From NCBI GenBank assembly GCA_002633005.1, contig NMRA01000089.1:372001-436000 (forward strand): a stretch of DNA of 64,000 nucleotides. Reading direction: 5' to 3'. The translations under genes and the position numbers were made by a program. Below are positions 23,390 through 34,910 of the stretch, piece by piece. Origin of the DNA: Phoronis australis. Taxonomy: Eukaryota > Animalia > Phoronida. The notes under the pieces were generated by a model. It worked only from the letters and a program-made list of their open reading frames with translations. It did no database searches and was not told the origin of the DNA. Numbering within the stretch: the stretch's first letter is position 1; the number at the start of each line of letters is the position of its first letter.

Positions 23390-26300
23390 CTACGTTTCGT
23401 TCTTTATAGATTCTAGGTATGAAAATATTATATTGGATATCTGCAAGTTAAATCGTTTCCCATAATGTGTACCGTCCCAGCTGAATGCGTTATGACACAT
23501 GGAATGTGTATTCAACACTAAGACGTTCCTGGTACTAAAATAATCCGTCATTTTCTGTGCATAGCGTCGTGTGTACTGAGCATTTTGCGAATTGTCCCAC
23601 TCTGGTCCTTTCAGTATGCCCGGCAGATGGGGCGTGACGAAAATCATCTTTGGCCACGTGCTGTCACTAGTTCGACGTTTCACGAAAATATTTGTCCGAT
23701 GAAACAGCGAAGTCATTGTGCTTAAGATTGGCTCAAAAAACTTCTTTATGAAAACGTCAGCTTGAAGATTTTCATGTAGTCCCACGGATCCTATCAATAA
23801 GGTTTTTCTTGATGTATACTTTATATTCTGAACGACACTGCCATGGTTCACTGTAAATAGAAAGCGAGACAATGTATTACGGTTGTGTGCGCTCACGCCA
23901 GTGCAAAGCTGTAAGACAGAGAACATTGCGCCAACATTCGAAAACCAAAATTGTAGGAACACGTAAAGAGCCGTTGCTCTCTGTAATGACAAATAGCGGC
24001 AAGATTAGTTTTTACTACCCAAAGAGATATGTGTCGCTTTATCTGAAGAATTTTCATATAATCTTAGAGTGTCAGTTCAGATTAAGAGGGTAAAAAATGA
24101 GATGATAGACCATCATTTTTGCTTGACATATATAAGGTTTGGTCAGATAATCTGCCCGAATTTAAAAAACTGGAAACCCAGCCACCCTGGATAGCAAGCA
24201 ATGATTAAATTTCATCTAACTTAGACATGGATATTCACGTGCCACAATTCTTCTTGGTACTAAAACACAAGCAGCATTCTTCACGTTTTGGCCAGGTATA
24301 AATATCGCTAAAGGTTTAGAAGCCCATTTGGCTACAACCCCTAATTATCTTAAACACCTAAAAATGGGGACTCGAATTTTTAAGAATGTGAACCTTTTAC
24401 TAAGATTCACAGGGTACGTTTAGAACTATGAATTTTGCATTCGCCGAATTTTGGCAGTTCCTGCCTTTTTAGCGGATTGTCTCGTTTCCTACTTTTTCGG
24501 GTTTTTTTTGTCTTTATGAGACGGACCTTTTTCCCCACTTCTCCAAATGGGGGTGGGGGGTTCTCGTTCGAGTCCCCGGNTCCCTGAGTGCGCGCATGAA
24601 CACGATGACTCTCTCTTCCAACGTAAGCACACTGACCACCTATCCTCCTATCGACTTATTGCGCCCCACAGACGTGAAGTCACTTACCGGCATAAGCACA
24701 TGGTGCATACGTCACTGTTACACTGTTGTCGCACACTGCCGCTCTAATCTGAATATGATGGCGACAAAACTTTTCCGTGAACTGGTTCAAGTTTGCGCAT
24801 TTTCTATGGATGTCTGAAATATTATAAGAGATTAAACTTTACACGCTACAAAAGATATCACAGGGACATGACACACGAAAGCATCTTTGGCACCCACCTC
24901 ACAATTCAATGCCCCCGAAAGCAGGTCTCTAGATGCAAGTAGTAATTTATTTTAAGCCGCGGTCGACACCCACTTTCACCTGATTTCCGAATGTAATCTT
25001 GAAAGTTTTGACACTCTGAACGCGTTGTCTCTCAGTTCATAGTGGAGGAGAGAGGGGATGTTGGTTTGGTGTATTTTAAGTAGCTGGCTGTACTTCCAGT
25101 AGTCGTAAAATATGGAAAACTGACGTTGGAATCAGTTTGAATAGGTTTTTGAAGTCTTCGACCTAGTATACTGTTTTTTCAGGTTTTGCACATCTCGTGG
25201 AACAGACTGTTGGGACTACCTCGACCTAGTTTTTCAAGCCCAAAATCAGCAAAAACTGATGAATGTTACCTTAAATCGTGTTTTGTGCAATGCCACTCTC
25301 CAAAATAGGAAAATCCGTTCGGGGACTAGACGTTAAAGAGGCACCCAATAGCTTTTTGAGCAACGGTTGAATTCATCTCCCCCAGTTTCGTTAAAATTTT
25401 GCGACCACTGGATTGGCTGCTTATTTTGACTATGAAGGGCGGAATATCACTTGGTTGATTCTTTTCACTACTTTTAAGTCTGTTGTCATTGAAAAAATGA
25501 CAGTTGTTGAGTGATTGGTTCATTTTTGCTTGCCCATGAAGCTGGGTCGGCAATGGCTTTTCATTGACTTCAATACAAACAGGCAGAAAGTTGATATTTA
25601 GTAAGGCCATGTGTCGAGTCAGAATATCCTTTTGTTACTGAATGTTTTTGTTTGTTTTAGTAGCCGGCTGCACTCGCCGTAGTCGCAAAACATGAACAAA
25701 AACACTTTGGAATCAGTGTTATTGTACTTTGTGCAAGGTTTTTGAAATATTTGGCATACTTCTCATATTTTCAGGTTTTGTACACCATGTGGAACAGAAA
25801 CGTGAGGATGCGTGGAAATGCATTTGTACCACATAAGTTTGTTAAGGGATTTGCTCTTTCCGGAGATTTCTCGCCGCACGTGGAGCGCAAGTCTGTTAAG
25901 TCATCTACAGAATGCAACCCAGCAACGACATCTAAAATACCTGCTTACAGAAAATCAATAGCTATAAATCGATATTTACACTGCAAAGATCAAATATGTT
26001 TCATGATCATATTGCACAATATACGGGAGGTCTACCATTGTAAACCTGAATATGACGTCACTGTGAGTTTACTCCTGATGCTGATAATTTTCAATGCAAG
26101 TTTACCTAAGATACATTTCCTCTCTCAGCATCAGAAACACAGCTTAATTATCTCGACTGAGTATAATTCAGCTGGACTGAAGGAGGAACTTTATGAACAT
26201 CAGAACACGATTTCAAAATGAATTCAATAGATTGTGGAATTCAAGAAGGCCCTAAGAGTAAAAAATCCTAAATAAAATATGCATGCTGTTACACACAACA

Positions 26301-28272
26301 TATGTGATTGGGCTAAAAATGTTCCGAATGAAAGTCACAAATGTGAGATATGGTTTCGCATGATTTTTCTGCATGAATTCATAAAACGTGTCTAATATGG
26401 CCCCTATATAATGTCAGAGTAAAACGTTGCGCCCCTTCTATTGAAAGGAATAAGTTGTACAATTAGTTTTTTGACAGACCAGTCAACAGAATACCGCAAT
26501 TACCGAGCGTATATTGCCTTTTTGCACATTCTTTCAAAGTACGGCGCTTAGGGATTTACATTAACTAGTACTGGTGGCGGCCTTTATTGTTGTAGACTCG
26601 TCGTCGATATTTGACAATGCACAATGCTATATGTATTTACTTAGCAAGTCAGTCCCAATAAGCCATTTTTTGCTATTTACTTAACCGACGTCGGTCAAAT
26701 AAGCTGGTATTTTACAAAGCATTCGACGATCTCATTTGAGGATTTTTGAGACGTCACGGCTTGTCTGTCAAATAACCAGACATTTTCTATTATTCCAGCA
26801 AACTTTTCAATGATTCCATTGACCCCAACACATCACCTATAGTTGTTGCTATTCGACCAACATTCAAGGGTCATAACTTCAAAATAACATTTTATTAGCC
26901 AAATACACATGTTGCCTATTTTTTTCTTTTTTCCCGAGGAGTGGCCATGGCCATGATGGGTAAAATGCGTGCACGTCTGGTTCTCTTCTGCAGGGTAGGT
27001 GGTACAGGTACAGAAGGTCTGCCCGCTGTCATTAGCCGACATGCTCCGTCTTCATGACAGCACATGGTTTTATTTCGGAGTGCCCTTCTCCTAGACTGGT
27101 TGCCTTCTATGGCTGAGAGAGATCACGTGCGTGCATTTAGTGGGAAGGAAATCAGAAACTCTGAGGTGACTACTGGTTATTCCCTCATAGGGGAAGTGAA
27201 TAACTGTGTAGTAGACGTTGCGAGATGACACTTTCATCAGAAATTGTTTAAAAGATATTTTTGACGAGCTTCCGCCTTCCATGCCACTTTAAATTGCTCA
27301 AATTAAACAACGTCGTGGTTTTTATCCAGCTATGCTTAGTATAGTATTATCAAATCGGTCATTCCATGCCACTCATGGCGATCGACAGTGAAAAGAATTA
27401 CGTTGTGAAATGCTCGTAAACATTACACAGACGTTGTCGGTTTGGCCAACAATGTTGATACGTGAGACCTATTGACCTGCAACGATTTCGCTGAGTACCG
27501 CGGCCGCGCCATTTCGCCACTGAGTATATAGCCCTGTCGACCGTAAAATTGGCTACCAAGTTAAAAAAAAAATGAGCAGTACCGTGTTACCTTCTCCGGC
27601 GTCCGGATCTAGGGCCCCGTGTTGCTCGTCATTTCGTAAGTGAATCAAAAGAGCGACGTGTACGTGTCGCATTAAAGAATCTCCAAACGTGATGATATTA
27701 TCGACTCCCAGTTTGTTAAGGACGTCACATGCTCTTCCCTGTTGGCCGCTGTCAAACATATGAGGCAAACACGTATCGTCTTTTAGCTTATAATCGGAGA
27801 ACTCCGGGTGGATGGGTTGCCGCATGTCTCGGCAATCGTCACATAGGCATTTATCTTTCGGTTTATTCACACACTTTGTCCCGTAACAGCATGGAAACTC
27901 TCCATTAGGGTCACAAAGGGCTCTGTACACCTTTACGTCTTCATATCCTATGTTCCCGCATCGCCCGTCTCGCCTTGAAACATTGCGAGGAATTTTCGCA
28001 TCCATCCAAACCTTTGCAATTGTGTCCATAATACTGTCCACGTTTTCACCATTGTGGTTCGCGTTGGGTATGAACGTGCCGTTGGTGAGACAATTGATTA
28101 GTGTTTGGTCTCGTAAGTAATGTATGTCAACACCCCAATTTGTTGGTCTATTCCCTAAAATCTCTGTACTTTTTCCGAACAACACCAGCACAGATACACC
28201 AATGATTACAAGCACAAACGCATTTCTGCGATGCCTTCCTAATCGAAGTCGCACAAACCTTGTCAAGCTCAT
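23390..28272 (-). CDS. Type II membrane SGNH/GDSL-fold protein (PC-esterase/CASD1/TBL-like putative glycan O-acyl esterase or transferase) with Cys-rich stem, ~422 aa
   Basis: Exons 28272-27591, 24813-24688 and 23850-23390 join in phase 1 (1269 nt). Basic N-tail and TM segment AFVLVIIGVSVLVLFG; Cys module DGRCG...CDPNGEFPCC; GDSLMRH and C-terminal DGTHY catalytic motifs. Confidence 0.85.
25078..25799. repeat. Two diverged ~130-bp direct repeats (25078-25207, 25658-25799), probably old transposon remnants in an intron
   Basis: Shared blocks in the same order: gtagc(t/c)ggctg, gtagtcg(t/c)aaaa, ttggaatcagt, ttttcaggttttg, gtggaacaga. Confidence 0.55.
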
Positions 28273-29922
28273 GTTGACCTGAGTCGATCTGCGTCGGGCG
28301 CACCTAGTTGGCTAACCGTTGATTGACGCATAACGCAAAAATCGACCGTTAAGCTTGAGTAAGCGCCGGTTAGATTCGACAAAGAAACTAGCACAGGTGA
28401 TACTTATCGATAAAAGAGTAAAAATTATTTACAGAAAGGTGTGGAAGACTACAGAAAGAAGATACGTGAAGAAGCAGACAAGAACACTAGCAGCACAGTA
28501 GGCCTACTGAAATATTTTTATAGCAGTACTGTGAATACTTTATTTTAAATCATTGTGGTCAGAAACAAATAAACGTTAGTCAGTATACATTATAGTGGAC
28601 CGACAAGAGATTTATATGTAGTCAGCAATCAGTAACAAAATGCATTCAGACAGGAGACAGTTAACACATACAGACAGATTCAAGTGGATAGGCGGATGAA
28701 CAATTGACAAGGTTATTCATGATGATATTACGGCGTGAGTGTTTGGGGTCACCATCTGCCACTGCATAGTACCCGCAGCAGCGTTCTTGTTTAGTTTTGT
28801 TCTACTATGTAGCCAAGGTTACAGCTAAGGTAGCTATCGTGTAACTAAGGTAACTATTGTGTGTGTGTTAATAAATGATATAAAACCACGATCGTAGTCA
28901 GTGCGTGGCACTCTGCAATGAGCCATACACAGAATCGATAGAGGTCACACTGATGGTATATTGCACTGAACAGTGAGCCATGCTCTATTGTATCACNTTG
29001 GTGAGACAATTGATTAGTGTTTGGTCTCGTAAGTAATGTATGTCAACACCCCAAGTTGTTGGTCTATTCCCTAAAATCTCTGTACTTTTTCCGAACAACA
29101 CCAGCACAGATACGCCAATGATTACAAGCACAAACGCATTTCTGCGATGCCTTCCTAATCGAAGTCGCACAAACCTTGTCAAGCTCATGTTGACCTGAGT
29201 CGATCTGCGTCGGGCACACCTAGTTGGCTAACCGTTGATAACGCAAAAATCGACCGTTAAGCTTGAGTAAGCGCCGGTTAGATTCGACAAAGAAACTAGC
29301 ACAGGTGATACTTATCGATAAAAGAGTAAAAATTATTTACAGAAAGGTGTGGAAGCCTACAGAAAGAAATACGTGAAGAAGCAGACAAGAACACTAGCAG
29401 CGCAGTAGGCCTACTGAAATATTTTTATAGTAGCACTGTAGGAATACTTTATTTTAAATCATTGTGGTCAGAAACAAATAAACGTTAGTCAGTATACGTT
29501 ATAGTGAACCGACAAGAGATTTATATGTATTCAGCAATCAGTAACAAAATTCATTCAGACAGGAGACAGTTAACACATACAGACAGATTCAAGTGGATAG
29601 GCGGATGAACAATTGACAAGGTTATTCACAGTATTGATGATATTACGGCGTGAGTGTTGGGGGTCACCATCTGCCACTGCATACCCGCAGCAGCGTTCTT
29701 GTTTAGTTTTGTTCTACTATGTAGCCAAGGTTACAGCTAAGGTAGCTATTGTGTAACTAAGTTACTAAGGTAACTATTGTGTGTGTGTTAATAAATGATA
29801 TAAAACCACGATCGTAGTCAGTGCGTGGCACTCTGCAATGAGCCATACACAGAATATCGATAGAGGTCACACTGATCATTGGTATATTGCACTGAACAGT
29901 GAGCCATGCTCTATTGTATCAC
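28082..29922. other. Haplotype-like tandem duplication (28082-28996 / 28998-29922) repeating the 5' end of the SGNH gene
   Basis: Copies meet exactly at the N at 28997; the second partial ORF 29188-28998 differs by one amino acid (NRPTNW vs NRPTTW). Confidence 0.85.
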
Positions 29923-31040
29923 TCTCTCACCCCTCTAGAGTTGCTACCCTAGCCACCGAGCCGTTACCTCAAAGCCACCCTGAGACATCTGAGTGGCGCA
30001 AAATGTCTGTCCAAAGGCGATATCTGAGAGAACATGTAACTTAAAAGGAAAAATCTCCACGCGAGACCATGACGTAATATGCTCACACGAGTCGTCGGCA
30101 TGTCAAGTGCCACGGAATTCCACAAACTGAAGAGAACCCTTGGGATATTATCCAGGTATGAGTCCAGGATCAGAAGTGGTGTAACAATGAGTAGGCAAAC
30201 ATGCCGAGGACCAGGGTAGAAAAAAAATAACTTGTTGCGAAACATTGTCTTTAATATATTCACTTTAACCAATTATAAAAATCTCGAATTTCAAAGGAAA
30301 ACATGTTTATCAAATAGCAAGGCTACTAGAAACCTGTTTTCTGTAAAAAACTAACTTTTCAGTCATACTACTTGCTGTACTGACTGTTCCCAAAATTTAG
30401 TTTACTCCGATTGGAAATGATTTCTTTACTTGGCCCGATGTCCCTCTTATTCTGAGTAAAGAAAAAGTTCCTACTGGTTTTATAACATTTGGTAAGTCAA
30501 AAGTGTTATTTTTGGCAAATAAAGTGGCTGCATATGTTAAGAGAAAGTTTAAACCCCACTCGGAACAGAGATCCTCAAACTTAACTTCTGGTCACGTGAT
30601 GTGATCTACATAAGGCGTACGTGAAGACGAATGATACTTGCGCACTGTTCTTTAAATTTTGACATTTTTCCTCGTGACTAAAACTTTGCGAACAATTTTG
30701 TCAAACATGCAACTTTTCACATCGAGTCTATCCACTGTTGTCCTTATTATTAAGCTGCTGACTCTGCTTAATACAGCAGAATATCTATGCAAGAGTCAGG
30801 ATGTTGTGACGTTACGTTTTAAATGTACATGTACCAAAAATTTTCAAAGTACACAGACTTCGATAGAACTTTCTCAGATTTTACCAAAATTAGAACCTTC
30901 TTGCCAGAATTATTGGCCAGTTTGGTAAAACCTTTGTCGGACTTGAATGTGACATTGCACCCAGTCGCTAATTGTCTGCGTTTGAATAGGCAAAATGAAC
31001 AGAAATTCCCAGCAGCAGGCTTCGGCGTCCCTTTCCCGCA

Positions 31041-33648
31041 TTTTTTGAGTTTGGAAATCGTTAGATGACCGTAATTGATAGATAAGATGATGCATCCCAA
31101 GAAACCATGGAAACAGCTTGGAAATTACTCAATAAGAGTGTTAAATTGTCGCATTTATCATCAAATCCAACTTGCAATTGAAATGCACATGGTGTCTAAT
31201 ACTTTAACACGCACAAGTCGGCCTATTCCAGTTCCAAAAATCAGAAAATAGCTGTAAGACTGATTATATTTGGGTAATTTCAAATGAAACAAATTCATGT
31301 GAAGGCTCTGTGGGTATCATGCCAAAGCAACAAATACGATTGTTACCCGACAATATAGACTCTCAGTGTATAACGCCTGCAACACTCAATATAGTCGTTG
31401 ACATAACGTGAAAAAATAGTTGCGACTCTGACTCGTACTAGTAAAGCTAACTTGATGAGTAACCCGTACGCTATTTCAATTTTATTAGTTTGTGACGCTT
31501 TCTCTAAAATCAAAGTTGAAGTATTTTTAAATAAACAGTGACATTATGGGCCAGACAAGTGAGCGCGGAAGGGAATCACCGCGGTCGCAACCAAACACTG
31601 AGCCAAAGTCCACTCGACAAACGGCGTTTTTCGGCAGTAAAAACGCCAATGTCCGGACATCGCATTATCGACTTTATTGCCCTAAACTGCCTATGAGATC
31701 ATTGATGGATGGATTATAGAGATAAAGACCCAAATATGGTGAGCCCGAACGGTTAACTGTTTAATAGTCCCGAACAGAAAGGCTATTCAAATTTTGATTT
31801 TTACTCCAACATTTAGGTTTAAGCCTTGCCTCAGGTCACTATTGTAGTACAACTTCTCATCATCTTCAATTACCTCAAGGCAGTGACATTCATTATGTTG
31901 ATAAAGCTAAGCTTGTTTTAAGCTATGGTACACATAATACAAACAGCAAAATATAACAGCAGATCCTACTAACACTGGGGAAGATTAGAATACTTTACTC
32001 ACAGGAATCCCATGCTGAGGATTCCCCTTGAGTACTAATCACTGAGGTGATTACTGCAGTGGGCCCAACGATGTGGCCTCAGTACGCCTGATGCACTGTA
32101 GATGGCGCCAGGTCACCTGCCTAATAATACTCTGTGCATAAAATGGAACATTTTTCCATATGAGGAACACTAGCGCTTTACATATGGTGCAAAAGAATCA
32201 ATTATAATAGTTACTTGCTTTGTTCTAGAGAAAATAATTTATTAAAAAATAATAAATACAACACACATCAATCACACACAGATTTCCATTTCATTAAATG
32301 CAGCATTTTAGATCAGCGAAGACATTTGAGCCAAACAGGCAGTGGTCAACATTCCAAAGACAAACACTGGGACNTTTTTTGAGTTTGGAAATCGTTAAAT
32401 GACCGTAATTGATAGATAAGATGATGCATCCCGAGAAACCATGGTAACAGCTTGGAAATTACTCAATAAGAGTGTTAAATTGTTGCATTTATCATCAAAT
32501 CCAACTTGCAATCGAAATGCATATGGTGTTTAATACTTTAACACGCACAAGTCGGCCTACTCCAGTTCCAAAAATCAGAAAATAGCTGTAAGACTGATTA
32601 TATTTGGGTAATTTCAAATGAAACAAATTCATGTGAAGGCTCTGTGGGTATCATGCCAAAGCAACAAATACGATTGTTACCCGACAATATAGACTCTCGG
32701 TGTATAACGCCTGCAACACTCAATATAGTTGTTGACGTAACGTGAAAAAATAGTTGCGACTCGCACTAGTAAAGCTAACTTGATGAGTAACCCGTACGCT
32801 ATTTCAATTTTATTAGTTTGTGACGCTTTCTCTAAAATCAAAGTTAAAGTATTTTTAAATAAACAGTGACATTATGGGCCAGACAAGTGAGCGCGGAAGG
32901 GAATCACCGCGGTCGCAGCCAAACACTGAGCCGAAGCAATGTCCGGACATCGCATTATCGACTTTACTGCCCTAAACTGCCAATGAGATCATTGATGGAT
33001 GGATTATACAGATGAAGACCCAAATATGGTGAGCCCCAATGGTTAACTGTTTAATAGTCCCGAACAGAAAGGCTATTCAAATTTTGATTTTTACTCCAAC
33101 ATTTAGGTTTAAGCCTTGCCTCAGGTCACTATTGTAATACAACTTCTCATCAAGGCAGTGACATTCATTATGTTGATAAAGCTAAGCTTGTTTTAAGTTA
33201 TGGTACACATAATACAAACAGCAAAATATAACAGCCGATCCTACTAATACTGGGGATGATTAGAATACTTTACTCACAGGAATCCCATGCTGAGCATTCC
33301 CCTTGAGTACTAATCACTGAGGTGATTACTGCAGTGGGCCCAACGGTGTGACCTCAGTACGCCTGATGCACTGTAGATGGCGCCAGGTCACCTGCCTAAT
33401 AATACTCTGTGCATAAAATGGAACATTTATCCATATGAGGAGCACTAGCGCTTTACATATGGTGCAAAAGAATCAATTATAATAGTTACTTGCTTTGTTC
33501 TAGAGAAAATAATTTATTAAAAAATAATAAATACAACACACATCAATCACACACAGATTTCCATTTCATTAAATGCAGCATTTTAGATCAGCAAAGACAT
33601 ATGAGCCAAACAGGCAGTGGTCAACATTCCAAAGACAAACAGTGGGAC
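31041..33648. other. Haplotype-like tandem duplication (31041-32373 / 32375-33648), non-coding
   Basis: Copies meet exactly at the N at 32374 and differ by scattered SNPs and small indels. Confidence 0.85.
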
Positions 33649-34910
33649 AATTCATTGGGATACCCACTGCAATAAATTTAAAATCAAATGAACCTCAGGC
33701 ATTTTTGGTATTATTGTTAGATTAGATAGACTTGTTAAAGATATTTAAAACTTTCATCAAAACTGTAAAATGACAAAATTATTGAGCTACTTTGGACCTT
33801 TAAGCTCGAATGCACGTTGGTGCCACAAAAAATTTCTGTACTCTACTATTGGAAGACCTTGAACAGCCTTCTAGTGCTAATTTTTTTTTGTTGTACTAGG
33901 CAATAAAATAGATAAAAGAATTTCCGGTCACAATACACTAACTGAAAGGTGATTTGGCTATGTTTAGAGAGTGCAGCCACCTACAAGGTATTTCACAAGA
34001 AAATGTTGGAGTTGCGAATCTGTTGTGTATTATTTATGGTATAAAGAAGTTACAAATTGACATACAAGTGAAAAGAGCATTTTAAATGGCATTTCATAAA
34101 AACCATAGACTTAAAGAGTTTTGTTTTTTAACTGATCCTTCAAAAAGGATATGACTTATTTAACAAGAGAATTTCACAATAGGCAATGAAGATATACCAA
34201 TAAATAAGTCCTAATACCATGATTTCTGCTTCTGGAAACAGAGTGGGAGCTAAAATAGGGACAAACGGTTTAAAGCAAAAAAGGCATCCTAACGTGACAA
34301 CCAGAGATGCTGTAGAGTAACTAGACGCTAGAGGTATAAAACCTTAATTACAGTAAACAGTTCATTCCTCTAGTACATTCACGAAATTTCATCTATGACA
34401 CTGCTGACCTTTTTCAGATGCATTGTAATATGGTAGTCGCGTAGGGTCATAAAAGACGGTGATGTCATAGACAACTTGGTGACATGTACGCAATATAATG
34501 GAATAAAACACTTGTTGCTTACATAGACCGGAATTGAATGCAAAAAACAACGTTACACACTTTTTGGTGTGAGAATGACACAGAAATCATATGAAAATAA
34601 GAGAGAAAGTTTGTCTCAAAATACACCAAAATACAAAATATACAATGAAGTCTTTTGTGCAGCTATTCTCAAGGCACAGACAATCTGGTCTAGATGAAGT
34701 CAAATTTCACCACCTAAAATGCAAATTTTTAAATCGGTTACATATCCACAAGTTATGCGCGATGTCACCAGACGATTACAAGCTGACGACCATCCTACAA
34801 TGCATTTGAAAAACGACAATAGTACCGTAGATGAAATCCACTGAACTGATGTTGCCAAAAGTCAATTAGTATTTTCACATATTGACAACCTATACACATT
34901 CTAGTATTTA

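Noticed and set aside
23851-23992. N-terminal 'signal peptide' of the 200-aa ORF 23390-23992
   Set aside because: Intronic read-through; a clear acceptor at 23850 joins the exon in phase to the upstream SGNH exons.
28985-29188. Second, truncated SGNH paralog or pseudogene
   Set aside because: Truncation falls exactly on an N and the flanks are near-identical to the first copy, so it is best explained as an allelic assembly duplicate.
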